From the NCBI GenBank assembly GCA_002256025.1, contig NKIB01015066.1, positions 1-38,468 on the forward strand: 38,468 bases of DNA, given 5' to 3'. The stretch's first letter is position 1, and each line of letters opens with the position of its first letter. Of the stretch, positions 12,167-22,235 are shown piece after piece. The position numbers and the translations under genes are program-made. This DNA is from Asterionella formosa. Its lineage: Eukaryota. The notes under the pieces are model-generated. The model saw nothing but the letters and a program-made list of their open reading frames with translations, was not told the DNA's origin and did no database searches.

Positions 12167-12314
12167 ACTACCACCATCATTCTGGCTGTCATGCTAAAAT
12201 CTGCAATTTTAATACCGAAAACTTTGATATGCCCCAAATTACTACCACCATCATTCTGGCTGTCATGCTAAAATCTGCAATTTTAATGCCGAAAACTTTG
12301 ATATGCCCCAAATT
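12167..12314. repeat. 74-bp tandem duplication at the right end of the TIR element
   Basis: actaccaccatcattctggctgtcatgctaaaatctgcaattttaat(a/g)ccgaaaactttgatatgccccaaatt at 12167 and 12241; one mismatch. Confidence 0.95.
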
Positions 12315-13139
12315 GCCCCTAAATAAAAATTACTTAAGAATGGAGCAGGAATTCTTGCCAAGTTATGACCCTGCTCTCCTGGGAGAGTCTGCCTAGTACT
12401 CGTAATCTTGTTTGTCTTACTTGACTTGGGAGGCCCTCACAGGGACTAGACCTTCTCAAAACTCCAGAGGCACCACTTGTTTGGTCAACCTACTTGCGCC
12501 TCCCAAGCCTTGAACACAAGAATACTGGTACTCACATGGAGTCTCCACCCTTGGTTGCATCTTAACCTTCAGCAAGGGACTGCCTGTTCACCATCCTTGG
12601 GCATGTCTTGCCTTCCAACTAATTCTCCTATCAAACCGAAGATGGGGAGAATACTGTACCTATTGTTGTAATTAGCACTATCGAAGGAAACCACACAAAT
12701 TAATGATCACATAAATGCAACACAACTTGTGCCAGGAAAGTCCGGTAAAACACGGTTTTGACTTAGGAAAAGGTTAAAGCTAAATATCTCGATTACTGGA
12801 CCTTCCCAGAGGGTCAAATGTTGTGATAGTCCAAGAGGTTTGTATATACCGGTCTCCTGCCTCATAGGACAGACCTCGCAGGACTACCGGCACAGTACAA
12901 ATAACGGTTCTCCCGTTGAGAATGCCCCCAACATACACTGCGGTATGTCATACTGAGAATTTACCACAGCATCAGCACGAAACTCAACGCCGCATTGCCG
13001 CCTCCTTAGCCGACGATTGATGGTGGAGCTGAGCCTTGTTGTTTCCAAGATAATTGCATCGGATCTATCTGAGCCTTGTTGCCTTCCTACTTAGTAACTA
13101 TTCGTAGAAACCGAGGGTACTCCATAAATATTAACAACA

Positions 13140-13571
13140 ATGGCAGATAAAAAAGCAGTCACAACAGAGGAGCCAGCAAGGGTCGTCATTGACGGTAAAA
13201 CGTATGTCAAGAGAAAGCCACGCATTAGTATATCGGACATGCTGGCCAACGGGTCGCCTGAATCTCAAGGCCGTCCCCGCACGATGATGGAAACGGTTGG
13301 CTATCCAGTGATTATGGCTGTCCTCTTCGGGATATCATTACTTATATTTCACCATGCGCCGCACAGCTATTCAAGGGCCAGTTTGAACCAAGGCTTTTCC
13401 ATGAATCAGAAACCAGTCAGCAAGGCGACAATCAAGACAGTGCTCGAAGAAGCAAGACTTAAAAAAGCGGCAGAAGTAATGATGGAGTCAATTGAAGTAG
13501 AAGTGCCAGGTGAGACCAGGAAAGCAACACAGCCACTCCAAGTCTACACAGAAATGCCAAATGAGCTATAA
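13140..13571 (+). CDS. Hypothetical 143-aa protein with one predicted transmembrane helix
   Basis: ATG in an ACAACAATGG context, clean ORF, hydrophobic stretch VGYPVIMAVLFGISLLIF; convergent with the EEVS gene. Confidence 0.75.
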   Translation: MADKKAVTTEEPARVVIDGKTYVKRKPRISISDMLANGSPESQGRPRTMMETVGYPVIMAVLFGISLLIFHHAPHSYSRASLNQGFSMNQKPVSKATIKTVLEEARLKKAAEVMMESIEVEVPGETRKATQPLQVYTEMPNEL

Positions 13572-13849
13572 TTTCCATTTTGTGATCATTGTGGTGTTTT
13601 GTAACATCGGTTCAATGCAAACTAAAAAGCCACTTTAAGAAGTGCACAACGCAAATATAGCAACAAACACGTCGTATCCTAAGTTTATTTGCGTCAACGT
13701 TGCCACAGCATTCCGGGAGGCATCGGAAATTGATCAAACTCGAATACACACACTGTCACTTCTTGGGATGGTCAATAGGGCGTCACGTTGCGTAGGATGT
13801 ATCTCCCATTAACCACCAACATAAATAGCACTGGTCCCTCAGTCTTGAC

Positions 13850-15602
13850 TCACTGCATTTTGTGAGGAAATGTCTTCATCAGCAATAGAGCACGGTCCAA
13901 TTCGTCTGGTGTAATGTCACTGACACAAATGCTTTCGCCAATGTCTGTAATCAATGGAATTCGCATCTCACCGTTGCGATGCTCAATGGCATCAAAGCAG
14001 GATTGCCAAGCTAGCCCGGACTCGAGATGGCCCGAGTTGGTGGGCAGCGAAAGGGATTGCATGCAGTGAAAAATACGGTCCACCACATTAACTGGAATAT
14101 AACCACGAAGATGACTAATGACACAGCAAAAGAAGCCATCGACGTTCACGGCTTCGCCATGCAAAATATCAGCACCAGGAACCATTTCCAATAACTTAGA
14201 AAACGTGTGTCCTTCGTACGATGTTAGTATGAGGGGCACAAATAGTCAACAAAGTACTACAAATAACTCACCGTAATCAACGCAACGTTCCAGTTCATAC
14301 TCCCAAAGGTTAGGACCGAGCTCTTCGAGCATGATTTGAATCGACAATTCAATAATTCGATCACTAACACCTTCAGGAACACTCGATACTGCCATAAACT
14401 GGCTCTCAATCAAAGCGGCCCCATGAGTCTCTAATAGTTCAAACAGATCTGCCGAGCGCACCAAGGCTAACTTCAAAATCTCCCCAAATCCATTTGACAC
14501 ATTACGCCTATCTTGCGTTGCAATGAAGGCATTGTCCAATAAGCAAGCACTTGGGGGATAAAAGGACCCCACGCGGTTCTTATACGTTTCATTCGTAAGG
14601 CCGCAGCAATAGTCAACCCCATTCTTAACACCAACACTGGCATCGACAATTGCCAGCAAGGTGGTGGGAACACGAACAAACGGGACACCACGACGATATA
14701 AGCAAGCGGCCATCCCGGCAACATCCAGAATGCAACCCCCTCCAATAGCCAAGAAGGGCTCGCGACGGCGAAGTTTATATTCGCACATTTTATCCAAAAT
14801 CGTGTCTACCGCCTGCATGTACGGTATTGTATTCGCGGTGACAAGAGTGAATGGGGTTCAAGAAGCATGACAAAAGTACATCAAATAACTTCGTTCGAAT
14901 TGATTTTCGTGAACTTACATCTGGACGTTTTGCTCGTTCCCCACCTTCCAAGACAACAAAATGCAGTTCGACGTTTCGAGAGGTGAAGTAATAGCGAATC
15001 TTGACACCGTAAATCCCATAAACCGCTGAATCAATGACAGCAAATCGACGATTGTACCCTTCTGGATGCACCCCTGTCGAATCGAGCAATTGAGGATTGG
15101 ACGGGTCCAACAACGTTCCATGGGGCACAATGTTCACATCATAGGAGATAGGCAACGCAAAGATGTTTCTCCATCCCCTCGACGTGGTTACAATTGTCGT
15201 CTTTGTCGTAACCATGGCAGATGCTGTTTTCTTCACGTCAGTAGTTTCAAGTTCGTGCGTCTTGGTAAATTCAAAAACATTCTTAGGAGCACGTTCAAGT
15301 GGACGCATTTTGAGCACAGCACCATTGTCGCATTCTTCGTCAAATTCAAATTGGCCTTCGTCCTCGTCGGACGTAACGCTAGATTTGGTGCTCATGCTGG
15401 ACATAGATTCGCGAGCAGTGACACTGGAGCTAGTAGTAGAGGTTTCGGAGCTTACTAAGGCAGCGCGAACATCAGAAGGCAGCGATGACCATGCTTCTAG
15501 TATGGATTTGGACAAGGTGGAGGGTGCTCCCTGATTGCTTGATACCACAGATGACGCTTCTTCCCTGGAGGTAATCATGTGATAGCGTGAATCAGTTAGC
15601 AT
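13850..15602 (-). CDS. EEVS: Sedoheptulose-7-phosphate cyclase, 2-epi-5-epi-valiolone synthase (EEVS)-type, DHQS superfamily; about 528 aa, 3 exons
   Basis: Exons 15602-14919, 14812-14272, 14211-13850 join in frame at GT-AG introns (first ATG 15602, alternative 15578). Motifs GGE..K, IGGGCILDVAG, YRRGVPFVRVPTTLLAIVDASVGVKNG, KNRVGSF, GEILK, MLEELGPNLWE, VDYGHTFS, HGEAVNVD, EHRNG. MLEEL/DYGH/HR.G match EEVS rather than DDGS (MLELE/AYGH/TRDG) or DHQS (NxGH). Confidence 0.9.
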
Positions 15603-16147
15603 GACGACAAGACAAGCAGTGCATCTATTAGTAAGGTAGGTATCATCTGAAGTGATAGCCGAACTCTTGAACTGATGAATATAGCAGCATGGGAAGCGAA
15701 TATTGACCAAAATTGGACCTCACAAGCAGTTGTTGTCCTTTACAATGCAAGTGCAAACCAGGTCCAAGAGCTTACCGAATCCCTGCCAAAATGATCTCGG
15801 ACGAGCGTTTTTGGGTTGTCGTGATTGTCATGTTGTTCACAAATTAATAGTGAAGATATATGTGCACAAAAAGAGAAACCTTGGCGAGGAAAATGTAGAG
15901 TATGGTCCAGGTCCGGAAGGCAAATTGAAGTGCCGACTTTCGAGGCAAGGGCCAGAACCAGTACCTATGTACACTCGTCAAAACAATTTCCCAAATTTTT
16001 CTTTTCATTCTTGTTGGAAGCAAATTTAGTTCCGATCCTCCATTCGACGTCAGCATACGTCAGTAGACAATACAAATGTACACTAAATTGTACAGGGCCT
16101 AGCTAGAATATCGGTATCCACACTGGACATGGATCAGGAAGGTATCT

Positions 16148-16215
16148 GGTACCAGGTACCAGGTAGCAGGTAGCAGGTACCAGGTACCAGGTACCAGGTA
16201 CCAGGTACCAGGTAC
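16148..16215. repeat. (GGTACCA)n heptamer minisatellite, about 9.7 units
   Basis: Units start every 7 bp from 16148; two GGTAGCA variants. Shorter runs recur elsewhere in the window. Confidence 0.95.
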
Positions 16216-16813
16216 TCATAATAGATACATGACTACCGGGTAATGTGGCGGTACGAAATGTATGTACGATTACAACCATTATGCTGATGATTCTTGGAAA
16301 GCAAGTTCAAGGTTTCTACGAGAACGTCCTGCTGGTATCAGGTGCACACAAGCAACAATACTCGTAATCAAAATTTTCCAGCTTTCCGGGTACTTTGTTA
16401 AAGCTAAAACTTGTTTTCGTACGGGTAGTTTGTTCCACGAGTTTTTTGATAAGGCTGGTCAAAAAAACGCTCTAGTACTTTTTATGACAATTACATAGTA
16501 ATCATTGGTCAACATTGACTTGATACCTAAAAATCAATTAAGATGACAAAAAGCTAGTGACTAAGACCATTGCAGAGCTAAAAACAACCTTTGGAGGCAT
16601 CAGGCCTGTCTATTTTGGATTCATTGGAGACCATGAATGACTTAAAGAGTCAACAGGTGAGCTAGTCTCTTCAAAAACAGTGACAGTATAGTGGGACCTT
16701 AACTTACTAGCTTCGTCCTGTATTTTTCACCTATCATGGTATACAACAAGTATGATGGTGGTATATTTGCTACTCGGAAAAGTTATTAAGCTGTGCTATT
16801 TCTAGTCGAAAAT

Positions 16814-16838
16814 AAATCAAATCAAATCAAATCAAATC
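16814..16838. repeat. (AAATC)5 microsatellite
   Basis: aaatcaaatcaaatcaaatcaaatc read directly. Confidence 0.9.
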
Positions 16839-17227
16839 GCCATTAAAGCAACAATGAAATATGATATCATGCTACAATGTATTTATACGCCTTCATTGAT
16901 GTGATTGTCATTCTAGTCGTTCTTGTAGGCACTTGTCGGTGGACCTGTCTCGTTCCGTTGCCACTATGGCGTTTTTTTGATTGTTGATTTTTTTGGTGTT
17001 TTCTTGAAACAGTCCCATTCTTGATGCTGTAGATGTGATTGCTGTTTCGGTGCTTGTTGAATGATGGCATTGGATGCTTTGGGCAACATTTGCGGTACCA
17101 TAGCCACTACGGTGTTTGCGTGCTTGTTGGTTATATTTTCTAGTGGGCACTCAACAAATACTACTACATCTAGTTCGAAACTTCACTTTGAATTTCAAAA
17201 GAGTGAAATTAGAACCAAAACAAGGCA

Positions 17228-17902
17228 ATGTATTCAAGAGTTCCTGTGATTCCCTTGATTAAAGATTACAATGTCTTGTACATCCGAACTAAGTCGTTTT
17301 GGGTTGCTTTGACTGCTGGTGGAAGGTTTGAATCTTTTGACCAAGATGTGATTGATGGAAGCTCAGTGGAAGCTTTGTTAATTGGAGTGAGTCAATTTCG
17401 TGTTATGGCTAAACATGTGCTTTCAGACCTGCAGATACCTTTTCCTATTTCAAAAGGTGTTTAACTGACATTGCATTGTTCAATTGGTTGAAAGTGGAAC
17501 TATATCCAGATGATCAGTCATACGAAAGTTTTAATGAAGCAATGGTATTGTGCCTTGATGATTGTCTTCCCAACCATAGTTTTCAGCGTCAATATCAGTT
17601 GATTCTTCACTAGTATCAAAAAAAGACCTTCCAGATGTTGGTAATGAACTTTGGAGCACATATCAAGTTCATTAAACAAGCTTCTACAACATATGACTCT
17701 TCAAGAAGACCAGACGGGCCTATCCAAGGAATATATTTGCGTTATCATCATACATACTATGCCCAACAATGAGTGGCAACAAGAGCTTGAACTGAACCAT
17801 GCAAAGAACATGGATCAATCGATTTGCTCGGTTCTTGCTTACTTCGAGAGTCAGCAATCATTTAAAGATCAAAACAAGCAGATTCCTAAGAATGCTTTTT
17901 AG
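17228..17902 (+). pseudogene. Frameshifted gag/capsid-like ORF (about 225 codons), paralog of the ORF at 37997
   Basis: Collinear with 37923-38468 starting at 17151. Frameshifts near 17412 and 17668 and an in-frame TAG near 17611. Reconstructed C-terminal part: FQRQYQ...MLVMNFGAHIK/SLNKLLQHM...LSKE...IIIHTMPNNEWQQE...VLAYFESQQ, resembling retrotransposon gag CA (from memory). Confidence 0.7.
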
Positions 17903-18348
17903 ATTATCACAGAAAACCCCCTTCTTTTTAGTGATTACAATTTCATACTCACATCTAAATGACTAAAAAACTCGTAGAAAAACGGTACATGTTCTACGTA
18001 ATCCGTCCTAAAAATACGCTGCTTGGCAATTGATTTACTGCAAATTGACGCAATTGTTTTCGCCTAGAGGGAGTAACAAATTACCTTTTAGTTCACCCAA
18101 TATTCTAGTATACTCCAGTAGCTTGGTGTACCTACACATAGACTAAATAAATCCTTAGCTTAGTGCCAGGTATCTGAACTGCAAAACTGACTATACACCA
18201 TGGGCAATCTAGAATGACAGTACTTGTAGAGCTCTTCTTTTGTTATAATTCTACCTGTAGGATTAAATCACTTAACAGGTGCAATTTCCCATGTGATGAA
18301 GGCATCAAAACTGAAGATACTGGAATATAAATCGGAAAATGCCATTTC

Positions 18349-18408
18349 GTCCCCCTAACCCTTACCCTTAACTTCAGATGCTACTGTCTAGGTTAGGGTT
18401 AGGGGGAC
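18349..18408. repeat. 60-bp inverted repeat built from telomere-type CCCTAA/TTAGGG units
   Basis: GTCCCCCTAACCCT (18349-18362) and AGGGTTAGGGGGAC (18395-18408) are perfect inverted copies. ACTGGAATATAA is directly repeated at 18319-18330 and 18413-18424. Confidence 0.85.
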
Positions 18409-18444
18409 AAAAACTGGAATATAAGATTGAATATGTGAAAATGC

Positions 18445-19466
18445 TTAACTAATTCTTGATTTAGAGAATGCACTGTTCGACTCCTTATGAATTTTCTCGA
18501 AAACTGCTGAAAAGTCTTCATCCTCCACATTTAACTCCTGATCTTCCTTTGCATCACGAAAAAGCTTTTCCGCTGCATCCATGACACTGTACTCAACACC
18601 GGCTACCTTGGCCATCGCGGACGCAAGAGCCATATCCTTGTGAGCATGTTTAAGAGGAAAGTTTGGCTCGTGATTCTTTGCAATCATCTTGGGGCCTTTC
18701 AAATTGTACATTGGTGATTGAATGGCGCCTTGGCTAATGACTTCAATTATGGTACTGGGATCCAAACCAACAGATTCAGATAATGCGAGGCCTTCTCCGA
18801 ACGCCACCATCATGGTCCCCATTAAAGAGTTAACGACGAGTTTGGCTCGTGTGCCGTAGCCTACGACAGTTCCAAAGAAATGACTGGCCTTTCCCATGGC
18901 ATTGAGTCCATCGTCCTTTACTTCTTTATGGAGATGTTCGTTGCCAGCACATAGGAAAATGAGTTGCCCTTGGGCGGCGGGTGCTTTAGAACCAGATACT
19001 GGGGCTTCCAAGAAACGACTAACCAGTTTGTTGTGCGTGATAATATCAGAAATGAAAATGAAGTAGTCAACAAACGCAACTTGTGTACTCACCCTCCAGC
19101 AGCAACAACTAGCTCGCTCATTCTCGTCATGTCAGATTCGGCCAAGGTTGCGCAGTCGACAATCGACTTCCCCGCACTGACACCGGCCAAGACGCCTTCG
19201 GGAGCATCGAAGACAGCCCGACTCGCTTCAGGCGTGGACAACATGCAATATGTTACACCGGACGCTTCCACCACTTCTTTGGCAGTGGCTTTAATAACGA
19301 TAATTTTGTCGGGAAATTTCTCCGAAAGTTGGGTGCACTTGATTCCAGTGCGGTTCCACACCACAAGTGGTTTTTCGGCTGATCCGGCAATATCTTCCGA
19401 AAGGAGACGGGCAGCCATACCCTCTCCCATTATTCCCAATCCGATAAATCCAATGGATGTTGACAT
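18445..19466 (-). CDS. GLYR: Glyoxylate/succinic-semialdehyde reductase (GLYR)-type beta-hydroxyacid dehydrogenase; 315 aa, 2 exons
   Basis: Exons 19466-19093 and 19018-18445 (GT-AG, phase 2). Motifs IGFIGLGIMG, VWNRT, FLEAPVSGSKAPA, catalytic AKLVVN, KGPKM, FPLKHAHKD. Confidence 0.92.
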
Positions 19467-20188
19467 TGTTAGATGTATTTTTGTGCCTGTTGCTTTTGAC
19501 TCTCTGGCTTGCGCGAAATTTAAAAGGTAGTATGTGCGAATGAAGATTAGTTAGAGCAAAACTGCAACGATGGTGGCGGCGTCGGCCGATTTTCGGAGTC
19601 CTCCACCGGTCACATGAAGCGAGTTCGAACGTACCCAACCCTTTCGGTTCTCAATGGAAGCGAGGTCGGTTTCACTTGAAAGCTAGAAGTCCTATCAACG
19701 CCTATGAGTAGTAGGCCAATGATAGCATTCATATTGTTACGGGAGCAGCACTAGATCAGCAGAAGCAATCTTTTACTCACCCTTTTGCTAAATATTGTGT
19801 CCAAGGTTTTTTGCGATTTTCAATCCTGTACTCTACTGTTCATACCGGTATGTATCTTATACCGATACGGTTGGTTGCTAGACTATCTTAGCTGCTGCAT
19901 ACATCATATGTCGGGTATAAACCACCAGTGAACAGTGAAACAAGATTCCCTGGTCCCATCTCTGTCATCATCAACTCCCTAGAAAGAGCTGTTCTTATCT
20001 TTTTGCATTGGGTATCACTTCATTTGAAAATGTATCAGCAATGGTAACTTGATTCGAAGTGAATTTCTTCCATTCTCCACATAAAACTGTATCACTAATT
20101 AGTGTCACATTGTATAATGGTGTAACATGGATCTTCAACAGCAACAGGCCAGTGACAAACATCTACATATGTCTGAGAAAGAATATGC

Positions 20189-20211
20189 ATATATATATAT
20201 ATATATATATA
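20189..20211. repeat. (AT)n microsatellite
   Basis: About 11 AT units read directly. Confidence 0.95.
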
Positions 20212-20679
20212 GCCTAATCGGAACACAATAACAAATATATCATGTAACAGAATGCTAAAGTATCTAGTTTATGTTAAAAGCTGTGAGCTTGCTTACTCAT
20301 CCAGCTATTCATATTGCAAGCTTTGGTGATAATTTGACTTGTCTTAGGTTTCAAGACTCCAAACTAAAGTTGAAAACAGATTTCACACTTTATTTGTTAT
20401 GAGCTAAAACTAAAACTACAAAGATGAACTTTTCTCAGATTGTTGTCCATTGCAACAACTGTTCATTCCCAAACACAATCTGCTTCCCCGCCATGATTAC
20501 TCCAATATCTTGGATGCTCACACTTTACAATAAGTGAATTGACATCCCATGTCAAACTCAAGATTCGTTCCATTAAATTATTACATGCCATCGTTCATTC
20601 AAATATAATCATATTGTCATTTGATCGAATTGATTGAATCACATAAAATAGAATCCACGGTTCGATATTTTGTCAACAG

Positions 20680-21020
20680 AGACTATGTGTACATGCAACT
20701 GGTACATAGACTCATCAACACATTGACCATGTTGATAACTGGCCATTTCTCCGTCAAAATGGCAAATGATTCGCTGCAACTAAAAGGTCTAATGTCATTA
20801 TTGTATGAACAATGCAATAGAAAAACAAATTTAGATATACTACCTTTAAAATTGCGTAAGAACTCAAAGACCAAGGATGTTTGACAATAGAGTTTGTATG
20901 ATCTGAAGAGAACTTGGATGACATACTAAACAAGAACTTTCCAGAGACGTTGCACACAAAGCACACGGCAAGGAAAATAAAATGGGATATTGAATGTTGG
21001 AGGGAGGATGTCGAGGAAAA
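20680..21020 (+). pseudogene. Decayed copia RNase H 3' end, PPT and LTR start (second copia lineage)
   Basis: From 20860: ELKDQGCLTIEFV*SEENLDDILNKNFPETLHTKH...CWREDVE, matching the copia 'RELKE.G...FVRSEEN.ADI.TKN' tail. GGAGGGAGGA is followed by TGTCG at 21009. The upstream part is heavily frameshifted. Confidence 0.75.
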
Positions 21021-21301
21021 TTCATGGTGTACACAAATTATATTGCGATGATTTTGGTTAATGAAAACGTCCTCTACAGTACTGCATACCAGTACCATCA
21101 GTTCTTACCAGTGCGCAAGAGTACCATGATCATAGGTCAGCGATATTATACTGCAGTAATATTGCGGTCTTTTTTAGGGAAAGACAGTATACTGGTATAA
21201 CAGTTAAGTATTTAAATATTGAAATGAAAGTATACCAGAATACTGATACTGCACTCCCCGCAAAAACATTTCCTGCCAATGACGAAGGGTGCAGCAGGGA
21301 A

Positions 21302-21919
21302 TCATGGTAGCGACTTAAGAGCTTTGGTTCTATCATGTGAATCAACTTGATCATCATCCATCTTTAATGTGATAGTCCTACCCATTGCGTTTTTGACCAC
21401 AACCTCATTCCAGTAATGTCTATTCAATTTTAGAAATAGGATCGCTTCAAACACAGCAGGTGATGACTTCCTCACAAAATTAAGAATGTCCTTGGCAATG
21501 GAAATTAAGAATGTGCTTGGCAATGGAAAAGAGCTTTTCACAACTAACAGAAGTACCAGTGAGGAGGTCAAGACAAATATGATTCTCATTGATGGACTGG
21601 ACAGCACACTTCTTGATACGTTTATTCCTCTTCTGAATCAAATCTGCATAGTTTTGTTGCTGATCTGAAGAAACTGCACCATCTGAATTTTCAGGACATT
21701 CTTCAGCGAAATCATTACTCATACCATCAGCAGGTACAGCATATGTCTTCCTAAGTTTTGCAACTTTATTGCTCTCTTTGGCATTCAGCTCCTCACCTTT
21801 CATGACCTTCATGACAGCCAGCAACTCAAACAGTTTGTCATGCACAATTTCTGTATCAGTGACAAGGTACTTTTTGAATTCGGGATAGCCTTCAAGCCCA
21901 TCATAAAATATTTCAAGTA
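21302..21919 (-). pseudogene. hAT transposase C-terminal remnant (dimerization domain)
   Basis: TSVSCEKLFSIAKHILNF / VRKSSPAVFEAILFLKLNRHYW, the hAT 'S...ER.FS....R..L.P..FE...FLK.N' signature, split by a 25-bp tandem duplication (21477-21501, 21502-21526). Confidence 0.82.
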
Positions 21920-22235
21920 TCTCTTGTCTCTGCTTCTAGCTTTCCTGCTAGATAGACTTTTTGACTTTCCTGTCAATTAACACACTGTTTCCTCAGTTGA
22001 TAATCTAAAACTCAAATTAAATTATAAGCTAAACTACTAAATGTTTCCTTTCCATGCATCTTTGCTTCCTGCAAAGTCGTTCTAAGACACTCTTCGACTT
22101 TCCACTTAACATTTCCATAGAAATCTTCAATCTTTGATCTCGTTAGACAGCTGATTGACGTGGCAATGCATTATTCGACTCATTCGATTACAATCGAGTC
22201 CATAATCCTTGTGACTCGGGCTAATATTCTTGACA
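21920..22235 (-). mobile_element. Truncated copy of the copia LTR (matches 897-1209), inverted orientation
   Basis: Reverse complement starts TGTCAAGAATATTAGCCCGAG. By-eye alignment gives about 14 substitutions plus one 3-bp indel over about 313 bp. It lacks the last ~93 bp and has no PPT upstream, so it is a 5' or solo LTR remnant. Confidence 0.93.

Larger units (their letters stand above)
10432..12337. mobile_element. Non-autonomous TIR DNA element, about 1.9 kb, superfamily unassigned
   Basis: Perfect 26-bp inverted repeat TTAAGTAATTTTTATTTAGGGGCAAT at 10432-10457 and 12312-12337; the outer TTAA may be a TSD. No recognisable transposase inside. A second family copy lies at 3550-3898. Confidence 0.78.

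Noticed and set aside
13850..15602. aroB/DHQS or DDGS (MysA) annotation
   Set aside because: Fingerprints are MLEEL, DYGHTFS and HRNG, not DHQS NxGHT.GHA or DDGS MLELE/AYGHTWS/TRDG. No MAA O-methyltransferase or ATP-grasp gene is adjacent.
18349..18408. True telomere or chromosome fusion site
   Set aside because: Only 2-3 imperfect units per arm, and the polarity (CCCTAA then TTAGGG) is opposite to an end-to-end fusion.
897..22235. The two LTR copies as ends of one giant retrotransposon
   Set aside because: They are inverted rather than direct, the left one is already the 3' LTR of the upstream pol, and they differ by about 5%.
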